A DNA stretch of 36,334 nucleotides, from the NCBI RefSeq assembly GCF_001194135.2, contig NC_068987.1, forward strand, positions 58,593,306 to 58,629,639, in the 5' to 3' direction. The notes beneath the pieces are model-generated. The model worked only from the letters and a program-made list of their open reading frames with translations, did no database searches and was not told the DNA's origin. The translations under genes and the position numbers were made by a program. Positions 21,825-33,050 of this stretch are shown one piece after another. Source of the stretch: Octopus bimaculoides (lineage: Eukaryota). Position 1 is the stretch's first letter; each line of letters begins with the position of its first letter.

Positions 21825-22890
21825 AATTGTCTTTTTCTCCAATGAATGTAATAAAATCCAGTCCTTTCGGAATGACTTTGCACCAAGTAACTTCCAATTC
21901 ATAATAACAAGAATTGAATTAGGGATTTCTATTCATAACAGCCCCCTACTTAGCTTATACACGCACACACACACGTATACCCACTATCTTTCATATACAT
22001 GTACATACATCATTCACTTTCACTTCTCTTTCATTTTCTCCACTCGCTTCAAAGCGAATGTCGCCTTCCACACGTCAATGAAACAAAAGTAGGAAATATA
22101 AGAAATATGAAAAATTTTTACGGAAATTAACGAACAATCCAGCTGTTTAAATATGACAGCTAAAGGCGAAAGATTGCCCGTAACCTTATATACATATATG
22201 CATAAACACACATACATATAGCTACTATATAAATGGGAATGTATGTATATTTATGCGTGTATNNNNNNNNNNNNNNNNNNNNNNNNNNNNNNNNNNNNNN
22301 NNNNNNNNNNNNNNNNNNNNNNNNNNNNNNNNNNNNNNNNNNNNNNNNNNNNNNNNNNNNNNNNNNNNNNNNNNNNNNNNNNNNNNNNNNNNNNNNNNNN
22401 NNNNNNNNNNNNNNNNNNNNNNNNNNNNNNNNNNNNNNNNNNNNNNNNNNNNNNNNNNNNNNNNNNNNNNNNNNNNNNNNNNNNNNNNNNNNNNNNNNNN
22501 NNNNNNNNNNNNNNNNNNNNNNNNNNNNNNNNNNNNNNNNNNNNNNNNNNNNNNNNNNNNNNNNNNNNNNNNNNNNNNNNNNNNNNNNNNNNNNNNNNNN
22601 NNNNNNNNNNNNNNNNNNNNNNNNNNNNNNNNNNNNNNNNNNNNNNNNNNNNNNNNNNNNNNNNNNNNNNNNNNNNNNNNNNNNNNNNNNNNNNNNNNNN
22701 NNNNNNNNNNNNNNNNNNNNNNNNNNNNNNNNNNNNNNNNNNNNNNNNNNNNNNNNNNNNNNNNNNNNNNNNNNNNNNNNNNNNNNNNNNNNNNNNNNNN
22801 NNNNNNNNNNNNNNNNNNNNNNNNNNNNNNNNNNNNNNNNNNNNNNNNNNNNNNNNNNNNNNNNNNNNNNNNNNNNNNNNNNNNNNNNNN

Positions 22891-22938
<48 letters not shown>

Positions 22939-22959
22939 CGACCATAGGATGCATCAACT

Positions 22960-23167
22960 ACATGATACTGCACAAGATCCCCCGTTACACAGACTCAGGA
23001 GGTTCAAATGACTTCAATTTCCAGTGAGTTTTAGTTTTACAATGACCATCAACAAATCGCGAGGAAACACATTTCCAGTTGCTGGTTTACACCTTGAAGA
23101 GCCCAGCTTCATACATGGTCAGCTTTACGTTGGCTGTTCAAGAGTAGGAAGTGAGAAAAATCTATAC
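22960..23167 (+). mobile_element. Helitron RepHel fragment: Pif1-family helicase motifs V-VI
   Basis: FK*LQFPVSFSFTMTINKSRGNTFPVAGLHLEEPSFIHGQLYVGCSRVGSEKNLY. Confidence 0.88.
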
Positions 23168-23584
23168 ATGTATGTATATGTATGTATGTGTGTATATGTA
23201 TGTAGATATATATATACTTATGGATAAGTGTATACGAATGTAAATGCCTGTGTGTGTGTACTAGCATGAATTGGTGATAGCAGTTTTATGTCTTTCTGTA
23301 GCCCCAAGGACTGCTTCTTTATCTCACTTAACTGACAAGATAACTACTTAGAAATGTTTTGGCTCGTCTGCCTGTTTCCTGGTACTATTTCACAGCAGGC
23401 TTCAGTTACAAACTACTTGAGATAATTGCTGGAGATAAGGTTATTTTTACCTATTTGCTCCTTGAACATCCGTTATACTGCTGATTTCTCTATAAATTTG
23501 AATGTTCTTTTTTAAAATATCACTTATTCATAACGTTGATTGTTGGATGGGTCATCATCAAAGTTTTTACCTTACCTGTTTAAA

Positions 23585-23665
23585 ATTTCACCTGAAGATG
23601 TTGGATTTATGCTATGATGTAATCTAGTAGAATATCAATAAAATTCTACCGAAACGCTAGTAGTA
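23585..23665 (+). ncRNA. Degenerate type-I hammerhead-ribozyme-like motif of the kind found in Penelope-like element pLTRs
   Basis: CAC-CTGAAGA (23589-23598), hairpin GTAGAAT/ATTCTAC (23627-23649), C-GAAA-CGC-TA-GTA (23650-23662). Stem II is non-canonical and long; stem I is imperfect. Confidence 0.3.
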
Positions 23666-24059
23666 AATTGTAAACTTCAATTTGTGGTCTTCTTTTTATA
23701 TCTATGACACACCTGGAACCATGCAAAACAATGCATTGCTCCAAGAGATGGATAGAGAATTTTCAAAAATTGATGAAACTGAATAAAAGAAGTTTATTGT
23801 TTGTTTATATATAACGTGCAGTTGTATGATCAAATATTGTTATACACAAAATGAAAGTGAAACAAGCTGATATGTAGATATCTAATAGCAATGTAATCTT
23901 AGTATTACTTGCGTTGAAAAGAAAAATACCAAACATTTACTGTTATTAAAGCAATGAAATATTAATACTTAGTAGATTGCTAGCAAAGTATGCAAAAGTT
24001 GAAGATATGAAATTTACAGCAGACAATTATAAGATGAAATATTGGTTTCAAATTTTGAC

Positions 24060-24489
24060 ACATGGTCAGTAATTTGGGGGAAGAGGGTAAGCTGATTACA
24101 TTGACTTCATTACTCAACTGATACTGTATTTTATTGACCCTGAAAGGATGAATGGCAAGGTTAACCATGGCAGAATTTGAACTTTCAACTTAATGAAGGA
24201 CAAAATACTGCTAAGCATTTTGCCCGGCATGTCAACAATTCTTTTCTACTCAAGGCACAAGGCCTAAAATTTTTGGGGAAGGGGCCAGTCGATTAAATCG
24301 ACTCCCAGTACTCATCTGGTACTTAATTTATCAACCCCAGAAGGATGAAAGGCAAAGTTAGCCTTGACAGAATTTGAACTCAGAACATAGAGACAGACGA
24401 AATATTGATAAGCATTTCGCCCAGTGTGCTAACATTTCTGCCAGCTCACCACCTTGGCATGTTAATGATTCTGTCAGCTCACTGCCTTA
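24060..24489 (-). mobile_element. Older SINE family A copy (24060-24242 and 24456-24489) split by a younger copy
   Basis: The consensus order resumes after the insert. Duplicated target GGCATGTCAACAATTCT (24226-24242) / GGCATGTTAATGATTCT (24456-24472), 14/17 identical. Confidence 0.8.
24243..24455 (-). mobile_element. SINE family A, full length, nested
   Basis: Aligns along its whole length with 629-844. Confidence 0.9.
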
Positions 24490-24779
24490 TTATAAGCTGA
24501 AATATTACAAAGCAGTTGTTAAGAGAACATGCATTTAATATTTAAAAAACAATGATGAAAAAATGAAGAATATTAACTGAAAAAGACAATGAAACATTAG
24601 CTGAAATCAATAATTATAATAAACATGTATTTTAAAAAAATAATATTGATGTATGTATGTATGTATGTGTGCATGTGCATTATATATGTACATGTGTGTA
24701 TGTGTCTATGTTTGTGTGTGCTCTTGTCTAGACATACAATGATAACTATAATGATATGTGTGGTGGAAGGATAAGTTTC

Positions 24780-24845
24780 CATTCAGTTTCCTTTCTACCA
24801 ATTCTACTCACAAAGTATTGGTCAATCTGAGGCTACCTTAGAAAT
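24780..24845 (-). mobile_element. SINE family C fragment
   Basis: AGTTTCCTTTCTACCAATTCTACTCA resembles the reverse complement of 5788-5812. Confidence 0.55.
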
Positions 24846-25444
24846 AGACTTTCCTATGTTAAAGCCTTGTGGTTACAAAGCCAAGTCTGCATCCACGCAA
24901 ATATGGATATGGCCACAAGAATAGTGAGTTCATTTATATATGTGGTATGGCATGTCTGTGAAATTTAGGTTATTTTTATTTTTAAAGAATAACAACAAAG
25001 CATTTACTGGGTGAGGCAATATTGATATATTACTGGGAGAGACAATGATTACTAGGGAGAGGTAATATTGACTGTAGAGTTTAATTTATTTTAAAATTCA
25101 TTTTGACTGGGACTTTAATGTTGCCATATTGCTTAAATTGTAACTAACTATTGAAGTCAACCGGCTCTGCTAAGCTGATTTCTCCCTAAGTGGTTGTATA
25201 AACCACAAGATAAAATTTCTTGTAAAAACTAATTTTTGCAATAAATATGACTATATTAAATTTTCACATATATACATATGGATAATAGTCTCTCTCTTAG
25301 TTCGAGAAAGACAGTTCTGCAATTTCTTGCTGGTTTATAGTAATCAAATGTATGAGCTGTACATTAGCTCACTCCCTCCATCAAATCAATGTTGCCTAAA
25401 CAGGTACATGGTGTATTATATGTTAGGTGTCAAAGTGATCACAA

Positions 25445-25564
25445 GGCAATGTGAAATGAAGTGTTTTGCTTAAGAACACAGTGCACCACCTTGTCCAGGA
25501 ATTGAAAACCACAATCTCATGATCATGAGTGCGACACCTAATCACTAGACCAAGCGCCTTCTAC
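25445..25564 (-). mobile_element. tRNA-derived SINE family B (head region)
   Basis: Minus strand starts GTAGAAGGCGCTTGGTCTAGTGATTAGGTGTCG (A-box-like) and contains GGTTTTCAATTCCTGG (B-box-like). The body is shared with the 13020 and 26960 copies. Confidence 0.72.
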
Positions 25565-26049
25565 ATGTATATACATAAGCATGCATAAACATACATAGTG
25601 TTGAAATATCTTGTTTATTTATGTTATTATCAAGCTAGCTAGCTACCTATCTATTTCACCAGTTGCAAGAAGTTTTTATGTATATATAAAAGTATTAATA
25701 TACTGAAGGATATTAACTCTCAATATGGAAAATTCTGTTTGCTAATAATATCCTGTTAAGAAACTTGTTATGGTAATATTAGAAAGTATGACAAAATACA
25801 GTAATGTCACTGTATTCATAGTTAACAATATAAATAGCAAAATTTATTACAAAATATGTTAAATCTGAATGATCTAAAACTAGTAAAGGTGAGTCACATA
25901 ACTCAAGGAAGTAACCACCTAGTAAAGTCTTTGTCGTCTTTTAACCTTTTTGCTACTATATTTTTGTTTAAATACACTGTTTTACTTGCTATTAATTTTG
26001 AAAATTTTGAAGAATATAGTAAAATAACTTTGTCATTATTAAGATAATG

Positions 26050-26180
26050 TATGCTGGGCAAAATGCTTAGTAGTATTTTGTCCATCTTTATGTTTGTCTT
26101 TACCAGTGAACCACTAGGGTTGATGTAATCGATTACTCCCCTCCCCTCAAATTTCCGGACTTGTGCCTTTAGTAGAAAGG
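26050..26180 (+). mobile_element. SINE family A, internally deleted
   Basis: GGGCAAAATGCTTAG..TTTTGTCCATCTTTATGTT jumps to TACCAG..GGGTTGATGTAATCGA..CTTGTGCCTTTAGTAGAAAG; the B-box region is missing. Confidence 0.75.
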
Positions 26181-26200
26181 ATTATTAAGCCAATGTGTTT

Positions 26201-26405
26201 AAGGCAGTGAGCTGGCAGAATCATTAGCGCACCAGGCAAAATGTTTAGTGACATTTTGTCCATCTTTATGTTCTGAGTTCAAATTCTGCCGAGGTCGACT
26301 TTGCCTTTCATGATTTTGGTGTTGTACTAGCTGAGTATTGGGAGTTGATGTCATCGACTTACTCCTTCCATCAAACATGCTAGCCCTGTGCCAAAATTTG
26401 AAACC
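26201..26405 (+). mobile_element. SINE family A, full length, with exact 16-bp TSD
   Basis: A-box TGGCAGAATCA at 26213, B-box GAGTTCAAATTC at 26275. ATTATTAAGCCAATGT occurs at 26181-26196 and 26406-26421. Confidence 0.92.
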
Positions 26406-26611
26406 ATTATTAAGCCAATGTTTGAAACAAATCAACATGGAAGTTTAATGGTAAGTTTTAACTGAGATTACTATAAAATAGAAAATTTGTACCATTGACC
26501 AGGAATGGACTTGGGCAGGTTGGCATCATAAGAGTTGGTATAACAAGTGAAGACTTGTGAAACCCATCCCTGTTCAATGATCCCCGTGGCAAAGATTCAA
26601 TCAAATAATAA

Positions 26612-26827
26612 TTGTTTCAACTTTTGGCACAAAGCCAGCAAATTTAGGGGAGTGGGCTAGTCACTTACATTGACCCCAGTGCTTGACTGGTACTTATTTC
26701 ATCGACCCTGAAAGGATGAAAGGCAAAGTTGACCTCAGTGGAATTTGAATTCAGAATGTAAAACTGGAAGAAATGCTGCTGAGCATATTATCCAGTGTGC
26801 TAACAACTCTGCAAGCTCACTGCCTTA
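26612..26827 (-). mobile_element. SINE family A, full length
   Basis: Aligns with the other copies (CCCTGAAAGGATGAAAGGCAAAGTTGACCTCAGTGGAATTTGAATTCAGAA..AGCTCACTGCCTTA). Confidence 0.9.
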
Positions 26828-26959
26828 CTCATCCTAATGATAATGGTTAGTTCCCATTACCCAGTAAGAAGCATAAGGTTTCCCGGCTCTTCAGGCATAT
26901 ACATTTTGTTTCTGGATTCTGGATGGGACGCTCGTCCATTTGCAGAAATACTCATTTTT

Positions 26960-27082
26960 ACCAGCTGATTTGACTGAAGCAATGTGAAGTGAAGTGTTTT
27001 GCTCAAGGAACACAACACATCATCCATTCCAGGAATTTTACAATCATGAGTCTAACACCCTAAATACTTAGCCATGCACCTC
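26960..27082 (-). mobile_element. SINE family B
   Basis: GCAATGTGAAGTGAAGTGTTTTGCTCAAGGAACACA..CAATCATGAGTCTAACACCCTAAATACTTAGCCATGCACCTCT is shared with the 25445 copy; it may extend left to ~26860. Confidence 0.7.
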
Positions 27083-28296
27083 TAGATCTAATTCTAATAG
27101 AGTGACCAATTTTCAGTACAGTACAAGAGTACTGTACATGATACTAAATGTTCAAGTAGGTGAACAGATCAGTTTGAGATTCAAGTCATATCTATATTAA
27201 TCCCAAGTTTGTTGTAGAGTTTATTCCATGGATACTTTGGACACTGGCTCAAGACTTCATTGAGCCAGTTGTGATTCTAATGAAGAGAAATTCCTGCACA
27301 AATTTACTTCTTTAATGAATGCAAGTGTACAGGTATGATTAAGTAGTTAACTTCTTAACCCATATGGTACTGGTTTCATCCCACACTGTGGGATTGACCA
27401 ATAGTGTTACAATTTGACAGAGAGAAATTGTGTAGAAGCCAGCATTTCTATTTGTCTACTTGTCTAAATAGACACATAGGTAGATAGATAGACAGATAGC
27501 TAACTAGATTCATTGATATATTCCTATCTACACACACATACCTATGGTTATGTATGTATGTATGTATGTATGTATGTATATACACACACATAACTTAGAT
27601 ATGTTTTGACCAAAGATTGGTTGAGGCCATGTCTGACTTGATTCCTACATACATACATACATATATACATACATGCATGCATTTCTATATACATACATAT
27701 ATAAATAAATAAATGGAGTTAAATGAAGCTGTTATTCAAATTTTTATAGTTCCGACATATGTTTTGAAGAAAACATTGGTATTATTCCAGAAAGAATAAA
27801 ATGATGTAAAACAATGCAATCTTTTCATCATGGAAAAAAAAAAGAGAAACAAAACTCATCAATAAGATATATTAACCAAATGTGATTACTACAAATATGA
27901 TGAAGGGAACACTGGTACATTATTTTTTTAAAATAACCGTTAATGTATATAACATCAAAGGCAATTTATAGAAAGAGAAGGAGGAGGAAGAAAGAAATTA
28001 GCAGAAAAATAAAAATGGAGAAAAATAGTGTGATAGGTGAATAGGAATAAAGGTTAAAGGCATGGAAATAGATACATTCAGTGAGATTGAAATGTAAGAA
28101 GACAGTTAAAGGTCGAACTTTATAGAATATACATATACATATATACATATATATACAATACAAATGATATAAGAGCATATGCATGTAAACATACATATAT
28201 GTACATACCTACATCTACATGTATGTATAGATGCATATCCGGGTACAGGACGTCAGATATATATATATATATATATATANNNNNNNNNNNNNNNNN

Positions 28297-29413
28297 TTTG
28301 TTTATTTTTATGTCTTTTGATTTATTATTAGTGTTGCTTAATATGTTTTGCTAAAATTGCTGTTTCTTTTTAGATATCATCAGAAAAAGGTAATTAAAAT
28401 TCATTAAAATGACAGATGTATCGGACTTTCAAACAGGTCAAATTATTGGTGCTCGTATGGCAGGCACTAGCGTAATGGAAACAGCCAAAATGTTTATTGT
28501 ATCAAAAAGTACTGTCTTGAAAGTAATGACAGCCTTTGAGAAAGAGGGAAAAACCTCCTCGTCGAAACAAAACTCCGGAAGAAAACCAAAACTTTCAAAT
28601 AGGGACCGTCAAGCTCTTATGCGAATTGTTCACAAAAGGATCACAAAAGTACAGCTCCCAAAATTACTGCAAAGCTTAATGACCACCTCGAGAACCCAGT
28701 TTCCACAAAAACTGTTCACCAGGAGCTACACAAAACTGGATTTCATGGGAGGACTGCAATCAGAAAACCACTACTTTCAAAGACAAACGTTGTAAAGCGT
28801 TTAGAGTGGAGTAAAAACCTACAGAATTGATCCCTAGAGCACTGGAAGAATGTTATTTTCTCGGACGAGTCATCCTTTACCTTATTTCTGACTACTGGCC
28901 GAGTATACATGTGGAAACAGCCAAAGAAGCATTTGACCCAGACTGCCTTTTAACTGTTAAACATAGAGGCATATCTGTGATGATCTGGGGTGGGGGCTGT
29001 ATCTTGGAAATCTGCCGATTCAATGGTTTCGCTTCATGGCAGAAATAATAGTCAAGACTATTTAAGCATTTTATCTGATCAAATTCATCCTATGGTTGCA
29101 GAACTGTTTCTGGAGGGAAACACAATCTTTCAGGATGATAATGCACCAATTCACATAGCTAAAGTTGTTACTGAATGGTACGAAGAACATGCTAGAAAAA
29201 AAGTAAGGAGTCGATATTCTCCACTATCATCACTACAAGAACTGGAGACTGTTTTAGAATGAACAAAAATTCCTTTTGAAACAATTCAAACTTTGTATGA
29301 GTCCATACCTCGTAGAATTCAAGCTGTAATTACTGCCAAAGGCAGTCCTACCCCATATCAAAATAAATTTGTTTGAAACTTTAAGGTGTTTCCATTATTT
29401 TGTCCAACCTCTG
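28297..29413 (+). mobile_element. Tc1-family (Tc1/mariner) DNA transposon with defective transposase
   Basis: Paired-like HTH N-terminus (ORF 28409), frameshift at ~28637, stop at ~28828, FSDES (D at 28864), FQDDNAPIH (29128-29154). The SPDLN-IE segment is deleted at ~29190. C-terminus SIPRRIQAVITAKG. Right TIR GGTGTTTCCATTATTTTGTCCAACCTCTG followed by TA. The left TIR would lie in the 28280-28296 gap. Confidence 0.93.
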
Positions 29414-30442
29414 TATATACATATATANNNNNNNNNNNNNNNNNNNNNNNNNNNNNNNNNNNNNNNNNNNNNNNNNNNNNNNNNNNNNNNNNNNNNNNNN
29501 NNNNNNNNNNNNNNNNNNNNNNNNNNNNNNNNNNNNNNNNNNNNNNNNNNNNNNNNNNNNNNNNNNNNNNNNNNNNNNNNNNNNNNNNNNNNNNNNNNNN
29601 NNNNNNNNNNNNNNNNNNNNNNNNNNNNNNNNNNNNNNNNNNNNNNNNNNNNNNNNNNNNNNNNNNNNNNNNNNNNNNNNNNNNNNNNNNNNNNNNNNNN
29701 NNNNNNNNNNNNNNNNNNNNNNNNNNNNNTATATATATTTCGTTTTTGTATTTGGTTTGCAAGATTCTTTATGTGAATTCGTGTGTTGAAGCATATTTTG
29801 TTGTGTTTGAGGAGAGTCATTCTGTTTTAATGCCTTATTAATTAACACACTCATCAATCCAATGTCCACTCATTTAGATTCAGTAATCATTTGGCTACCA
29901 AATAAACTTTATTGTCATTTACATATTTGCATTACAAAAATTTAACATTATAATCTTTCTATCATAAATGACAATTTGTATGACTACGACAACGATGATA
30001 TCGACATCATATTTTCTATATGAGTGTATATGTGTCTGTGAGTGTGCATGTGTTTGCGCATTCGTTACATACATTAGGCCAATGACTGAGAAGTATATGT
30101 GTGAGTGTATGTGAGGGTGTGTGTGTCAGTATACATTTTTGTGTTGACACACACATACACACACACACACATTTAAAGACAGAGAGACACACAGAGGGAC
30201 AGAGATAGGCCTGAAGTGTGTGTGAATGTATGTCTGTGTGTGTCTCTCTTAGTATATATATGTGAGTATATGCCAGAGTGTGTGTGTGTGTGCAAGTGTA
30301 TGTCTGATAATTTTTATGTTAGGCCTCAGACAATTAAACACACACATCTACACATACATTTACATATGTGTATGAGTGTGTATATGTCTGTGAGTGTGTG
30401 TGTGTTTCTGCATTCATTATGTCTATAGTAAACTATAGTAAA

Positions 30443-31343
30443 GGACATTTTATGCCATTTCATTAAACCCACATCTAATGAAGTAGCCATCCTTATTGTA
30501 GGTGATCCCCATAAAACTTGTGATATTCTCATTGGTGCTTGAGATAACAACCTTAAAAGTATTTTAGAGACTCATCACTCTTATGATGCTCTCCAGTATC
30601 CTCTTATTTTATGGAATGGTCAAGATAGTTATCATTTCAATATTCTACAGATTGAACCTGCAACAGGATAGCCAATCACAAACAGAAAGGTGTCGTCAAA
30701 TGACTTTTATTCTTAACAGCTGATGTTAAGACCAGAACAATCATATCAATTACACATGTATCATGATCTGTTTCAGCAATACCTTGTTGATATGTATGCT
30801 AAAGTTGAGAGTGAGCATCTACTCTACATTTGTAACAATTAAAAAAAGTTGGGGGCTAAAAATTATGTTCATCTCCAAGATGTTCTCCATGTTCTAGAGG
30901 CAACAATCATAACAGGTAGTCACAAAAATTCCAAAAATTCCTCTCATACCTATAATTTAAGAGGCTTCAGTTTCCAGTCAAATTAAGTTTTGGTATTTCA
31001 ATTATCAAATCTCAGGGTCAATCCCTCAAGGTAGTTGTATTTCATCTCTCTACTACATGCTTCTCCCATGGCCAACTCTATGTTGCTTACTCACAATTTG
31101 GAAGCAGCAACAATTTATTCATTCTGACACCAACAAAAAATTACACAGTGAATATTGTTTACCCTGAGGTGCTTCAACATTGACAGATTTTCAGTTCGAA
31201 ATTCTATTATCATTACAACTCGGATATTTTAAAATAAAATATAGATATTTTGAAATAATCACGAACATATATCTTTGTATTTATTGTTTACTAATCTGAA
31301 TAAGAACAGCAGTAACCCGGGAAATGCCAGGTCATTCAGCTAG
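30443..31343 (+). mobile_element. Internally deleted Helitron (Rep N-terminal region joined to helicase C-terminus) with intact 3' end
   Basis: PTSNEVAILIVGD..HHSYDALQYPL..FQQYLVDMYAKVESEHL..NYVHLQD|VLHVLEATIITG..FKRLQFPVKL..KSQGQSL..FSHGQLYVA..NIVYPEVL*. 3' hairpin ACCCGGGAAATGCCAGGT (31315-31332), CTAG at 31340-31343, followed by T. The 5' TC end was not identified. Confidence 0.93.
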
Positions 31344-31345
<2 letters not shown>

Positions 31346-31418
<73 letters not shown>

Positions 31419-31436
31419 TCATCATCATCATCATCA
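31346..31436. repeat. (AT)n followed by (ATC)n microsatellite
   Basis: Directly visible. The (ATC)n part is probably the (GAT)n tail of the adjacent minus-strand element. Confidence 0.95.
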
Positions 31437-31666
31437 TTTAACGTCCACTTTCCATGCTGGCATGGGTGGGATGGTTTGACAGGAGCCAGTCTGGCAGAAG
31501 CCTGCACAAGACTTCTGTGACTACTTTGGCAGGATTTTTACACCTGGATGCCCTTCCTAACAACAACCACTCAGAAGAGTGGACTTAGTACTTTTTATAT
31601 GGCATAAGCACAGGTGAGGTCAGTTTTTGCAAGGATTTTACAGCTGGATACCCTTCCAAATGCCAT
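31416..31666 (-). mobile_element. RTE-type 3' tail (SINE or LINE end) with an internal duplication
   Basis: Minus strand reads TTAGGAAGGGCATCCAGG..CCCATGCCAGCATGGAAAGTGGACGTTAAA(TGA)n. The block TTT.GCA.GGATTTTTACA.CTGGAT.CCCTTCC occurs twice (~31525, ~31627). Confidence 0.65.
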
Positions 31667-31710
31667 ATGTATGTATGTATGTGTGTGCATGTGTGCACAA
31701 GCTATGTGTA

Positions 31711-33018
31711 CAAGCTATGTACAGGGATGCTGTCAGTTAGTTAAATGTCAGCAATGAGTATAGCAAGGAAATTAATGTACAAGTAGGAATTCACCAAGGA
31801 TTGGTTCTCAGCACCCTCTTGTTTATCATAGTCCTCCAGACCATAACAGAGGAATTTAAAACTGTCTACACTTGGGAGCTCCTCTGTGCTAACGATCTTG
31901 TTCCTATTGCTGAATCACTACCAGAACTAGAGAAGAAATTTCAGGTATAAAAACAAGGTCTGGAATCAAAGGGCCTTAGCATAAAAAGACAAATCACTGA
32001 CCCCTCCAGGACAATGGTCCTGCTCAATATGTAGAAAAGGTATTGGTAGGAAATCCATATGGTGTACCCAGTGCAAGCTATGGGCACATAAGAGGTGCAG
32101 TGGTATCACAAGAAGATTAACTGAGAAAGTAGTCTTTGTGTGTGGCAGATTGCAAGTACAATAAACCTTTGGAATGTGCAGAAAATGGACTCCCTCCTTA
32201 GAAGTAATAGATAATTTTCGTTCCCTAGGTGATCAGGTTAGCAGGGGAGGAGGAAGCTCTGAAAGCATAGTTTCTAGAATAAGAACAGGCTGGGCAAAGT
32301 TCAGAGAGCTGCTACCTTTGTTGGTAACAAAAGACCTTTCCCTCAGGATGATGCCTGTGTATAAAAAGCTATGCTACATAATGGTGAGACAGGGGCTGTG
32401 ATTTCTGAGAGATTTGTGAAGGCTTGAAGGAAATGAAGACAGCATGCTTTGCTGAATGTGTAATGTTAGTGTGCATGTACGACAGAGTGTAAATGACTTA
32501 AGAGAAAAACTGGGTACAAGCAGCATCAGATGTAGAATGCAATAGACAAGACTGTGCCCGTATGGTCACATGATACATGTAGATGTGAGCAGCTGCTTTA
32601 AAGAGTATTGATCTCTAATTGTGGAAGGAACATGTGGAAAGGGTAGACCCAAGAAGATGACAAGGGACTGAGACTTGTGGTGATTTGCTGTGCTTGAGAA
32701 AACATGTCAAGCTAAGTAAAATCATGGCCATCCATACTTACAGGCACGTCCCTCTGTCAGCCAAAAGGTCCTTGTCCTATAGGCTTGCAGGTGCTGGTGT
32801 CACGTAAAAACACCTGTGCTACTGCCAAGTAAGAAGCATCTGTAAAAAAGTGCCTGTACTGGTGCAACATAAAAAGCACCTGTGTCAGTGCCTTGCAGAA
32901 AGCACCCATGCTGGGGCCACATATAAAGCACCTGTACTTGTGCCACATATAAGGCACCCATGCTGGTATCACATAAAAAGCACTCAGTACATTCTGTAAA
33001 GTGCTGGGTGTTAGGTTG
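31711..33018 (+). mobile_element. RTE-clade LINE, 5'-truncated and decayed: RT, PHD-type finger, thumb, 3'UTR
   Basis: QAMYRDAVS..VGIHQGLVLSTLLFIIVLQTITEEFK..WELLCANDL (YADD mutated to CAND, 31885-31896)..GLESKGL; FRSLGDQV..RIRTGWAKFRELLPLL; GTCGKGRPKK. The 3'UTR ends AGTACATTCTGTAAAGTGCTGGGTGTTAGG. Confidence 0.92.
32791..32985 (+). repeat. 26-bp hairpin-unit minisatellite in the RTE 3'UTR (7 full units and 1 partial)
   Basis: Units resembling GTGCTGGTGCCACATAAAAAGCACCT start at 32791, 32816, 32856, 32882, 32908, 32934 and 32960. Confidence 0.85.
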
Positions 33019-33050
33019 TATAATAACGTAGAGCTCACAGTGAGATAAAT

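Noticed and set aside
26201-26290. tRNA genes at A-box/B-box sites (also 25500-25564, 33843-33905)
   Set aside because: No acceptor stem or complete cloverleaf, and each continues into a SINE body.
27320-27450. Highly diverged SINE family C copy
   Set aside because: The resemblance is too weak to support without an alignment.
32791-32985. Palindromic 26-bp repeats as CRISPR repeats
   Set aside because: The units are contiguous without unique spacers and lie in a LINE 3'UTR.
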